Assembly (NCBI GenBank): GCA_963720715.1
Contig: CAVRGM010000002.1
Span: 129,871-193,870, forward strand
Length of the DNA: 64,000 bases
Direction: 5' to 3'
Source of the DNA: an uncultured Chloroflexia bacterium
GTDB taxonomy: Bacteria > Chloroflexota > Limnocylindria > Limnocylindrales > CSP1-4
Positions 41,086 through 49,766 of this stretch are shown piece after piece. The position numbers and the translations under genes were made by a program. Below the pieces are notes generated by a model that did not search any database, was not told where the DNA came from, and saw only the letters and a program-made list of their open reading frames with translations. Numbering within the stretch: position 1 is the stretch's first letter; each line of letters opens with the position of its first letter.

Positions 41086-42153
41086 ATGCGCCTGACCGTC
41101 ATCGGCGCCGGTCCCGCCTACACCGATCGCCCGGGCGCCGCCGGCGCCGCCTACCTGGTCCGGCATGGCGACGCGGCGATCCTGCTCGATCTCGGCCAGG
41201 GGGCCTTTCCCCGATTAGCCGGGCTGCTCGACCCGGCAACGCTGGATGCGATCGTGATCAGCCACCTTCACCCGGATCATTTCGTCGACCTGGTGTCGAT
41301 GCGCCACTACCTTCGCTGGGAGAAACCGCGCCGGCGGGTCCGGGTCCTCGGCCCGGCCGGTCTGGCCGACCGTCTCGATGCCTTGCACGACGAACCCGGC
41401 TTCGCGGCGGCCGCGCTTGATTTCGAGCCCCTGCTGGAGGGCCGTTGGGAGATCGGTCCGTTCGAGGTGGAGGCCACCCGAGTGACCCATACCGCGTCGA
41501 GTTTCGGTTTTCGGGTCGGTATCGCGGCGACCGGTCGTGACGCCGGACCGGGGCTGGTCTACTCCGGTGACTGCGGTCGCGCGGAAGATCTGGACGTGCT
41601 CGTTCGACCTGGCGACACGCTGCTGTCCGAGGTTTCGTTCGGGCCGGGTCCGATCGTGCCCGGACCCTGGCATCTCGACGGGCCGGCCGTCGGCGCCCTG
41701 GCGCGTCGGAGCGGCGCGGGTCGCGTGCTCCTGACCCACATCCAGATGGGGTTCGACCGTCGGGCGACCGTGGACAGCGTCGCGGCGGTGTTCGACAGCG
41801 GTCCGGTCGAGCTCGTCGGACCCCGGCTTCGAGACCACCATCGGCGACTAGAGGAGTGGCGTTTGGCCGGGCCTGTGTCGGCCGGGCCACCGCCCTCGCA
41901 TCCGGCCGGCCCATCGGCGCCCCACGCCCGTTACGACCGCCCAACCACGTCGTGGAGCTTCCGGCAGCGCCCAGGGTCGTGTTCGTTGGTCATCTGGGCG
42001 CCAGGCGCTCCTCCTGACTGCCGAGGTGCATGCGAGCCGGTCCGGGCCGAGGTTCGTCGGTCGGTGCGGGCGCCTGGCGCCGATGTCGAACCGGCCGCCG
42101 GATCCGGACCTACAGCAGCGGGGCTCCGCGGCGCAGGGCCCGCCCGCGGTTGA
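41086..42153 (+). CDS. MBL-fold metallo-hydrolase. The last roughly 100 aa may be a spurious read-through.
   Basis: HxHxDH motif ISHLHPDHFVD. The C-terminal tail overlaps the convergent GT2 gene by 44 nt and contains a copy of the GGCGCCTGGCGCC palindrome. Confidence 0.7.
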   Translation: MRLTVIGAGPAYTDRPGAAGAAYLVRHGDAAILLDLGQGAFPRLAGLLDPATLDAIVISHLHPDHFVDLVSMRHYLRWEKPRRRVRVLGPAGLADRLDALHDEPGFAAAALDFEPLLEGRWEIGPFEVEATRVTHTASSFGFRVGIAATGRDAGPGLVYSGDCGRAEDLDVLVRPGDTLLSEVSFGPGPIVPGPWHLDGPAVGALARRSGAGRVLLTHIQMGFDRRATVDSVAAVFDSGPVELVGPRLRDHHRRLEEWRLAGPVSAGPPPSHPAGPSAPHARYDRPTTSWSFRQRPGSCSLVIWAPGAPPDCRGACEPVRAEVRRSVRAPGADVEPAAGSGPTAAGLRGAGPARG

Positions 42154-42883
42154 CCCACATGTGGAGTCGCAGGCGCCAGAAATCACGAACGGCGCGGAGC
42201 ACGACCGAGGGCTTGGCCCCGGTGGCCGAACCGGCCGTGCGCGGATAGTGGGGGACCCCGACCTCCACGACCGAATGGCCGGAGGCGCGCAACTTGATGA
42301 CCATCTCGGCGGAGAAGAAGGCGCCATCCGACTCGACCCGCAGGCCGTCGAGGGCGTCACGTCGGAAGAGTTTGGCCGCGCAGTCGACGTCGGTGACCCG
42401 GAGACCGAAGAAGATCCGATTGGCCAGGCGATAGGCGCCGGCATAGGCGAGTCGAAGCGCCGCATCGGCTCGCTTGATCCGATAGCCGACCACGATGTCG
42501 GGCTGGTCCGGCTCCGCCAGTCGTGCGGTCAACCGCCCGATGTCGATGATGTGGAATTGGCGATCGCCGTCCGTGAACGCCACGAGTTCGTAGCGGCTGG
42601 CCGCGAACCCGGATCGGAGCGCTGCGCCGTAGCCCAGATTCGTCGGATGGTGGACCGCCCTGACGACGTCGGGATTGGCCGTCGCAAGCCCGTCGGCGAT
42701 CTCCGCGGTGCCGTCGGTCGACCCGTCGTCGACGGCGATGATCTCGAACGTCTCCGCGAGCTGCGGCAGGATTTCGAGTGCCTCGGCGATCAGGCCCTCG
42801 AGGTTGTCCTCCTCGTTATGTGCGGGAAAGAAGTAACTCAGGCGCGGGACGCGCGAAACGGTCGTGAGGCTCGTTGCTGGCAT
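42110..42883 (-). CDS. GT2-family glycosyltransferase (polyprenyl-phosphate mannosyl/glucosyltransferase-like)
   Basis: YFFPAHNEEDNL, IIAVDDGSTDGT and DGDRQF (DxD) motifs. Confidence 0.85.
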   Translation of the reverse strand: MPATSLTTVSRVPRLSYFFPAHNEEDNLEGLIAEALEILPQLAETFEIIAVDDGSTDGTAEIADGLATANPDVVRAVHHPTNLGYGAALRSGFAASRYELVAFTDGDRQFHIIDIGRLTARLAEPDQPDIVVGYRIKRADAALRLAYAGAYRLANRIFFGLRVTDVDCAAKLFRRDALDGLRVESDGAFFSAEMVIKLRASGHSVVEVGVPHYPRTAGSATGAKPSVVLRAVRDFWRLRLHMWVNRGRALRRGAPLL

Positions 42884-42908
42884 GGCGCGGATTGTAGGCC
42901 GGAATCAC

Positions 42909-42940
42909 GGAACCCCGGCTGGCGAACCAGCCGGGGTTCC
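42909..42940 (-). terminator. Perfect 14-bp GC-rich stem-loop (GGAACCCCGGCTGG cgaa CCAGCCGGGGTTCC), 20 nt downstream of the collagen-like gene stop
   Basis: The inverted repeat is read directly from the sequence. There is no clear U-tract, which is common in high-GC actinobacteria. Confidence 0.5.
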
Positions 42941-42960
42941 GATGAAACGCGAGGCGTTGC

Positions 42961-43993
42961 TTACGAAGCGCAGAGCGCGTAGGCGGTCAGCGACGGCGGG
43001 TTGCCGTTCTGCTGATTCCCAGCGACGATCGTCGCGACGACTGTCCACGTCGTGCCATTGCCGTTGGGATAGGAGGCGGTGATCGCGGCGTAATGCTTTG
43101 CGTTGTTCCCGGTGACTTCGCCACCGCCGGCGACGAGCGTTCCCGAGGAACATGTCGCCGTCGCGGTCACGGTCGTCCCGAGGCCGTTATTGCCGTTGAA
43201 ACCGCTGGTGGTGCCAGTGTTCCTCGCCACGCTGCCGAGGCCACCGGAGGGACCAGCTGGACCGGCTGGACCGGTGTCGCCCGTGTCACCCTTGTTGCCC
43301 TTCGGCCCCTGGTCGCCCTGGGGCCCCGTGTCGCCCTGCGGCCCGGTGTTACCCTGCGCGCCAGCGGCACCTGGGGCTCCGTCTGCGCCGGCAGGACCCT
43401 GCGGTCCGGGATCGCCCTGAGGACCGGCAGGACCCTGGGCGCCATCAGCACCGGCAGGGCCCTGGGCGCCATCAGTACCAGCTGCGCCGTCAGCACCAGC
43501 CGCACCATCGGCACCAGCGGGACCCTGGGCGCCATCAGCGCCGGCAGGACCCTGGGCGCCATCGGCGCCTGCAGGACCCTGGGCGCCATCGCACCAGCGC
43601 GCCTGCAGGACCCTGGGCGCCATCGGCACCGGCAGGACCCTGGGCGCCATCGGCACCGGCGGCACCGTCAGCGCCGGCCGCACCCTGGGCACCCGTGGCG
43701 CCCTGCGCACCGGTCGCACCGGTCGCACCGGTCGCACCCGTGGCTCCGGTCGGTCCCGTCTTATTCCACTCGACGTAGATCTTGCCGGACTTGCAGCTCG
43801 TTGGGCTGGCCTTGGGCCGGATCTTGACATTGTGATTCTTCGGGTTCAGACAACCTTTGATCGTCGTCCCGCCACCGGGCGGGTACGAGGATGCGGCGAG
43901 CGCCGCGCCGGACAGGCTGAGCGCCAACGCCCCGGCCATGACGACCGTGGCCGGCTTGCGATAGCGGCTGATCTGAGGTGAGATCGTGATCAT
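42961..43993 (-). pseudogene. Collagen-like triple-helix repeat protein (paralog 1): signal peptide, a Cys-containing N-domain, G-X-Y repeats and a C-terminal globular domain, split by a frameshift near 43590-43620
   Basis: ORF 43535..44107 supplies the N-terminus (MITISPQISRYRKPATVVMAGALALSLSGAALA...[45 protein letters not shown]). ORF 42961..43830 supplies the remaining G-X-Y repeats and the C-domain. One 27-nt repeat unit is replaced by an irregular 34-nt unit (gccatcgcaccagcgcgcctgcaggaccctgggc). Confidence 0.6.
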
Positions 43994-44118
43994 TCGGTGC
44001 CCTCTCGGGATGCAGGACTGGTCGCGCAAGAAGTCGCGCGATGGATGAAGTCCAGCCGAATAGTCGTTCCCGCGGTGCGTCGGCGCGATGAGTCCAATGG
44101 ACCGCACGGACCGGTACC

Positions 44119-45099
44119 TTATAGCCCCTCAACACGGATGCCAGCAGGCATGAAAGAACCCCGCCAGGTTGCTCCGGCGGGGTTCTTCGTGACGTCAGAC
44201 GGAATCTGCCGTCGATCGAGATTCGCTAAGCTTTCGCGCACACCACGTACGCCTGCAAGCGAATAAGACGTGTTGCCAAGGCTAAAGGAGACATCGCCGG
44301 TCGCCGTCCATGTATCCGAAGCACTCGGATAGCTATTGGTGATGACCACGGCCCCAACGTTGCTCACGTTGCTGGTCCGGAAGCCGCCACCGATCGCGAC
44401 CTTGCTGCCGGGGCAGGTGGCCGTCACGGACTTGGCATTCTCGTTGTCGGTCGATGCCGTTCCGTTGACGATCTCGTAGCCACTCACGCCGTCAGCGCCG
44501 TCAGCGCCGTCAGCTCCATCGGCCCCGTTTGCCCCGTCAGCCCCGTCAGCACCATCGGCGCCGTCAGGACCGGGATCGCCCTGGGGACCGGGATCGCCCT
44601 GGGGACCGGGATCGCCCTGGGGACCGGCAGGTCCGGGATCGCCCTGGGGACCGGGATCGCCCTGGGGACCAGTAGCGCCGTCGGCGCCATCTGCACCTGG
44701 GGCGCCGTCAGCGCCGTCAGCACCGGCGGGTCCGGGATCGCCCTGGGGACCGGGAATGCCATTACCGTCAGCGCCGGCAGGACCGACATCGCCTTGGGGA
44801 CCGGCGGGACCGGCAGGACCGGCAGGACCATCTGCGCCCGCGGGACCGGCTGGGCCTTGGATCGACCACTCGACGTATTTCGTGCCCTTCTTGCAGGAGG
44901 AAGGCGATGCCTTCGGGCGGATCTTGATGTAGTGGTTATCCGGGTTGAGGCAGCCCTTGATGATCGTCTCGCCGTGGGGCGGGTAGGCGGTCGTGTCTGC
45001 GGCACCAACGGCGCCGGCCATGCCCAGAGCGAGGACTCCTGCGGCCATCATGGTGAATGGCTTTCGGTAGCGACCGATGGAACTCGGGAATGTCGCCAT
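44119..45099 (-). CDS. Collagen-like triple-helix repeat protein (paralog 2); the 3' end is possibly frameshifted
   Basis: [33 protein letters not shown] signal, the same [26 protein letters not shown]-domain, about 50 G-X-Y triplets ([12 protein letters not shown]..., GADGADG...) and a C-domain [15 protein letters not shown]. An alternative frame at the 3' end ends ...[10 protein letters not shown], matching paralog 1's ...TAYALCAS*. Confidence 0.7.
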   Translation of the reverse strand: MATFPSSIGRYRKPFTMMAAGVLALGMAGAVGAADTTAYPPHGETIIKGCLNPDNHYIKIRPKASPSSCKKGTKYVEWSIQGPAGPAGADGPAGPAGPAGPQGDVGPAGADGNGIPGPQGDPGPAGADGADGAPGADGADGATGPQGDPGPQGDPGPAGPQGDPGPQGDPGPQGDPGPDGADGADGADGANGADGADGADGADGVSGYEIVNGTASTDNENAKSVTATCPGSKVAIGGGFRTSNVSNVGAVVITNSYPSASDTWTATGDVSFSLGNTSYSLAGVRGVRESLANLDRRQIPSDVTKNPAGATWRGSFMPAGIRVEGL

Positions 45100-45302
45100 G
45101 CGTACCCCTTTCGCTTGCGGACCTTGTCTCGAGGAATGCGGTGAGACACATTGAGTCCACTAGGCACATTCTCAGGCCCGCTGGCTGGCGACACTATAGG
45201 CCGGACCGCCTAACCTTTGTCCAGACTGGATAGGCAGTTGGTCGGGTGCGGGTCACGACCACCCCGGACCATCGGGGCAGCCGATCCGGTCGGCGAAGTC
45301 GG

Positions 45303-46244
45303 CTAGTTGGTCAGGTGGAGCGTCGGGCTCCCGAGGAACCTTGGGCAGGAGCCGAACGCACAGCCCGTTGTCGTCAGCTGCTCGTTGACGTACGGGGCGA
45401 CGAAGTAGCCGGTGATGTGCTTGTTGCTGCCGCCGGACGCGCTCACGACGTGGAACGTGGCCCAGCCCTGGAAGTTGCCGTTGTGGTCGACGACCGGGAC
45501 CGGCACATTGGTGCCAGCGAGATATGACTGAACGTCGCTGTACAGCGCCGTGTGGTTGCCGTTGTTGTGCTGGCCGATGTATTCACCGAATGCCAACGTC
45601 TTGTTGATCACGAGCGAGCCGTCGATGATGCTGCGGACGGTGCTCGTGTTGACGTTGCCGGTCCCGTAGTTCGTCCAGGCGATGTCGCCCGGTCCGTTCG
45701 GGATGTCCCCGTTGCCTTCGCCGAAGTCATATGGGTTTGACGGATTGGCGTAGGCAGACAGTGGCTGACCGTTCGGCCCGAACGCATCGATGCTGAAGAT
45801 GAATGGTGCCCCACCGTTCACGGTATCGGGGTAGCCGCTCTGTGCGGTCGCAGTGGTACTCACATCCCAACTCGGCATGCCGACGATCGAGGCGAAGTTG
45901 TTGCGGTGCGGCGCGGTGATGTCGACCTTGACGATCGCCCCGTTCGTCGTCGTGATCGCCACGTTGACGGAAACGCCGTCGGTCCCGTGCGTGTAGCCAT
46001 TGATCGCGGCCACCGACCGGGCTCGAGCGATCGCGAGTGGCGTGTCCGAATTGAGCAGGTAGTCATTGGCTGCAGCGAGTGCCGACAGGTCGGCAGCGCT
46101 CTGCTCGTCGCGACGCATGGCGAAGGAGGATCCACCGTCGAGCACGAGGCCCACCATGGCGATGAGGGCGATGAGTGCGAGTGCGAAGAGGACGACGATC
46201 TGCCCCGCCTGACCCCTGCGGTCGGCCCGGTCGATTCGATTCAT
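45303..46244 (-). CDS. TadG-like pseudopilin (Tad-domain N-terminus)
   Basis: Internal ATG (M59 of ORF 45303..46418). MNRIDRADRRGQAGQIVVLFALALIALIAMVGLVLDGGSSFAMRRDEQSAADLSALAAANDYL is a typical TadG/Tad-domain prepilin-like N-terminus. Confidence 0.75.
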   Translation of the reverse strand: MNRIDRADRRGQAGQIVVLFALALIALIAMVGLVLDGGSSFAMRRDEQSAADLSALAAANDYLLNSDTPLAIARARSVAAINGYTHGTDGVSVNVAITTTNGAIVKVDITAPHRNNFASIVGMPSWDVSTTATAQSGYPDTVNGGAPFIFSIDAFGPNGQPLSAYANPSNPYDFGEGNGDIPNGPGDIAWTNYGTGNVNTSTVRSIIDGSLVINKTLAFGEYIGQHNNGNHTALYSDVQSYLAGTNVPVPVVDHNGNFQGWATFHVVSASGGSNKHITGYFVAPYVNEQLTTTGCAFGSCPRFLGSPTLHLTN

Positions 46245-46261
46245 GGTTGTGCCTGGACCTT

Positions 46262-46678
46262 TCACTGGATGTTCACTGAACTGCTGGATTGCATGTCGAA
46301 GGTGCCGACGAGGCCAAGGATCGGCGTGATCGGCGTGTATGGCGCGTGGATCACGACCTTGACCTGATAGCCCGCGCGACAGGTCGTGGCGATGGTCGAA
46401 CCGTCGATGTCGACGCAATAGAAGGTCGGATTCGCGAGACCGGGGATGAGTTTCTTTTGCGTGGCCAGGACGGCCACGGTCTCGGCGCTGGTCCCGAGCG
46501 GACTGCCGGGATGGACGCTCGTCGCCCGGGCGATCTCGCGAGCCGCCTGGGAAACCCCGTTGTACATGTAGATGCCTCGACCCATGTCGAAGACGCCCAT
46601 CAACAGCATCATGAAGATCGGCAGAGCCAGAGCGAACTCGAGAACCGCCTGGCCACGCTCGGCTCGCACTCGGCGCAT
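46262..46678 (-). CDS. TadE-like pseudopilin
   Basis: ATG at 46678 (M92). RGQAVLEFALALPIFMMLLMGVFDMGRGIY is a TadE-family N-terminal motif. The start shares one nt with the upstream stop. Confidence 0.75.
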   Translation of the reverse strand: MRRVRAERGQAVLEFALALPIFMMLLMGVFDMGRGIYMYNGVSQAAREIARATSVHPGSPLGTSAETVAVLATQKKLIPGLANPTFYCVDIDGSTIATTCRAGYQVKVVIHAPYTPITPILGLVGTFDMQSSSSVNIQ

Positions 46679-47989
46679 CAATTGGTCACCGTGACCTGGT
46701 GCGACACCGTGCTCGAACCGCCAAGGGTCGAGACCGTCAGCTGGATCGTGTAGATGCCGGACGAGTTGTAGACGTAGCCCGGCGGGTTCTGGAGCGACGA
46801 GTTGCCGCTGCCGTCGCCGAAGTTCCACGACCAGGTGTTGTTGCAGCCGGCCGTCGTCATGTTCGTCGACGCGTCCGTTACGGCGAAGGACGCCTTCTTC
46901 TTCTTGCCGCTTGCCGGTGTGACGGTGAACGCCGCCACGGGCACCGGACATGGGGCCGCGGCATTGATCGTCTTCGTCTTGGTGTCAGAGCCAGTTCCGT
47001 TGGTGACGGTCAGGCGCGACGTTATAGACACCGATCGTCAGGGTAGGTATGGACCGGCGGAGATTGCACGTTCGACGTCTGGCCGTCACCGAAGTCCCAC
47101 GCCCACAGCGTCGGGGTCCCGGTCGACGTATCGGTGAACGTGACGTCGAGTGGCGCAGCGCCCGTCATCGGCGACGCATTGAAGGCGGCGACCGGCGGCT
47201 GCCGGGGCGGCCGAACTCACCGTGATCGTCCGTGTGACCGAGTTGCTGCCACCCGCGTTCGTCACCGTCAGGCGCGCATAGAAGAACCCGAGCGACGCGT
47301 AGGTGTGGGCTGGCGGGTTCTGGCCGACGAAGGTCTGCCCGTCACCGAAGTCCCACGACCATGTGGTCGGCCCTCCGGTCGAGGTATCGACGAACGTCAC
47401 CGCCAAGGGTGCGGTGCCGGACGTGGGGGTCGCGGTGAAGTTCGCGCTTGGCGCCGCCGACACGAGGTTCGGCGTCACCAGGAGCTGCGCCGAGGCTGTC
47501 GAGTCGAACGAGATCTCCTGACCGCCGAAAAAGCTCGAGAGGAGCGGCGTCAGCAACGTGAAATGACCGGAAACCCGGACCGAGACCGTATCGCCGAGGG
47601 CGCTGGACGTCGGCGGGCACGGCGTACGTCGAGCACTCCATCGTGACGTCCGTCGCTGCGACTGTGACGAAGCTGCCTTTTGCCTCGTTGAGCGCCCGAC
47701 ACATGACCCGGTTCTGCTCCTTGTTGGCCGAGGTGCAGGCCGTATTCGGGATGAACGAGGACGGGTTGCGAGAAGCCTCGAGGGCTGCCTCGCGGGCGGC
47801 GTCATTGACGCTGATCTGCGAATAGAAGAGGCGGCCGAGATCGATGGCCGCGCCAAGCATGATCAGCATGATCGGCAGGATCAGGGCGAGCTCGACGATG
47901 GCCTGCCCTCGAGATCGAGAAGCACGCTTCGAGGCGGTGCGGCTACCCGTTGACGAAGGGCGTCGCCCCCTCAACGGAATGGAGTTCAT
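46678..47989 (-). pseudogene. TadE-like N-terminus fused to three PKD domains, split across three frames (at least 2-3 frameshifts)
   Basis: Frame a (47342..48022): MNSIPLRGRR...RGQAIVELALILPIMLIMLGAAIDLGRLFYSQ. Frame b (47086..47856): ...FSFLTPLL-type linker plus PKD (TTWSWDFGDGQTFVGQNPPAHTY...ARLTVTN). Frame c (46678..47031): the end of a second PKD plus a third PKD (TWSWNFGDGSGNSSLQNPPGYVY...IQLTVS). WDFGDG-encoding motifs are visible at about 47350, 47090 and 46815. Confidence 0.55.
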
Positions 47990-48154
47990 GAACGTGAGGC
48001 CTCTGCTTGGTGCGTTGGACATGAGGTGTCGTCAAAACACCATCGCCCCGACACCTTTCAGCCTCACTTGAAACGGTGCCCGCGTGCATAGCCCGGACGT
48101 TCACACCAAAGGCTCAATCGTCCTGTCGCGATCGCAACTCACGCCCGAAATGGA

Positions 48155-48180
48155 AGAGCCGCGACTCGTGTCGCGGCTCT
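48155..48180 (-). terminator. 11-bp stem-loop (AGAGCCGCGAC tcgt GTCGCGGCTCT) 24 nt downstream of the TadG-like stop, followed by a T-rich stretch
   Basis: Perfect inverted repeat read from the sequence. It lies in the 180-nt gap between tandem module 2 (TadG-like) and module 1 (TadE-PKD). Confidence 0.5.
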
Positions 48181-48203
48181 TTGCGCAGGGCCGGAACGAC
48201 GAC

Positions 48204-49259
48204 CTAGTGGATCAGCTGGACGGCCAAGGGAGCGCCCGCGAATCCCGGCGTGGATGTGGTCGGACCCGTGAAGAACGGAACTCTCCAGACGCCTTCGACA
48301 TCCTTGCCGCCGTGGCACGCCGTGAGCTGGAAGCCCGTGAACCCGACGATGTGGTACCAAGCGTTCTGGCCAGTGCCACCCGCGTAGTCCCAGACTGGTA
48401 CGGTCACGACGATCTTGTTGGTGATGTAGTAGTCGCAGTCCGCGCTCGCCTTGTTACCCGGAAGGTTGCCGATCTTGTCAGCGCTACCAGGGAGGCCGAC
48501 TTCGGTGCAGCATCCAAAGCTATTGGATGGTGGCCCGATCTCGGTCTGCAAGAACGGCTTGGAATTCGCACAGCCGCCATTGGAGCCCTGACCCAGCCCA
48601 TAACCGGAGCAGCCGAACTTGAGCCACCCGAAGCCGCCCGGGACGTTGAGCGTGCCCGGCGTCATATGGGCCGGATAGCACGGGTCTCCTGGCACGTTGC
48701 TGACCGGGCCGGAGCAAGGCTGACGCCCGTCGAAGAATGCCTGGGCGATCCCGACCGGGAACACTCCCGTTCCGGGGCCGCCCGCGGCATACCCGCCTCG
48801 AGCGATCGCATCCGCGGTCGCTGTCCAGTTGTTGAATCCGGCGATCGACAGGAAGTACGGCTTCCAGTCATTGCTCGACGACACCTTGACGCCCACGGCC
48901 GTCCCGGGCATCGTCCCGGAGCCCACATACCCGAGCGTCCCGCCCGCGGCATTGACGTAGCGAGGCCCATCCGGTGCGCCAAAGACGATCGGTGTCCCCT
49001 TGTTGGCAGCAATAGACGCGACGATCGCCGCTTTGACGTTGGCGTCTGTGCCGTTGGCCGCATCTCCGCCGATCTTGACCGCGACGACACGAGCTCCGGC
49101 CATCGCTGCAAAGTCCGATGCGTTCTGGGCCTCGCGTCGATGAACGAGCGCGGTGCCACCGTCGATGACGAGGCCAACCAACAGGATGATGGCGACGAGG
49201 CTGATGCCGAACAGGGCGATCATCTGACCTCGCTGACCGGCGCGCGACGTGTTTGGCAT
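48204..49259 (-). CDS. TadG-like pseudopilin (paralog of 45303..46244)
   Basis: ATG at 49259 (M64). MPNTSRAGQRGQMIALFGISLVAIILLVGLVIDGGTALVHRREAQNASDFAAMAGA. The Cys/Gly-rich C-terminal region is shared with the paralog. Confidence 0.75.
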   Translation of the reverse strand: MPNTSRAGQRGQMIALFGISLVAIILLVGLVIDGGTALVHRREAQNASDFAAMAGARVVAVKIGGDAANGTDANVKAAIVASIAANKGTPIVFGAPDGPRYVNAAGGTLGYVGSGTMPGTAVGVKVSSSNDWKPYFLSIAGFNNWTATADAIARGGYAAGGPGTGVFPVGIAQAFFDGRQPCSGPVSNVPGDPCYPAHMTPGTLNVPGGFGWLKFGCSGYGLGQGSNGGCANSKPFLQTEIGPPSNSFGCCTEVGLPGSADKIGNLPGNKASADCDYYITNKIVVTVPVWDYAGGTGQNAWYHIVGFTGFQLTACHGGKDVEGVWRVPFFTGPTTSTPGFAGAPLAVQLIH

Positions 49260-49270
49260 TGCTGGGCTCC

Positions 49271-49766
49271 CTAATTGATCGTCATGGTCGCCGCGCCGGC
49301 GAGCGTCACGTTGCCCACGATGTTCCCGATGACCGGAGTGAGCGGTCGAAATGTGAGTTCCGTCCGAACCGACACGCGATTGCCGTTTGTTGGCGACCCG
49401 CACGTCGTATCTGTCCACGCCCCGGTCGGCGCTGCGCCGCTCGTGCATTTCGTATAGACCTTGTTGGTCGGGATAGATTCAAATGGCGCGACCATCCGAT
49501 TGGCCGCATTCGCGACGTCTGTCCGCCACACGCTCACGTTCGCCGGACACGTCGGGCCACCCGATGTCCCGCAACTTGCATCAGCCTTGCCGATCCAACT
49601 GGCCTCGACTGATCCGACCCGAGTGGCTTCTCTGGCCGCCTGGGACAGCACCGTGTTCATGTACACGAGCCGACCCACGTCGATGAGCCCGAACAACATC
49701 AGCAGGAAGATCGGCAGCACGAGCGCGAACTCAACGAGCGCCTGGCCTGCGTCGTCGGCGTGTCAC
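49271..49766 (-). CDS. TadE-like pseudopilin (paralog of 46262..46678), with the N-terminus apparently frameshifted
   Basis: Frame B encodes ...GQALVEFALVLPIFLLMLFGLIDVGRLVYMNTVLSQAAREA but has no start codon. Frame A, directly upstream, reads GTG-TRRRRRPGAR*. A one-base indel would give MTRRRRRPGQALVEFALVLP..., a typical TadE N-terminus. Confidence 0.6.

Noticed and set aside
43093-43827. 244-aa plus-strand ORF opposite the collagen-like gene
   Set aside because: It is the reverse complement of G-X-Y repeats (Arg/Thr/Leu-rich), not a gene.
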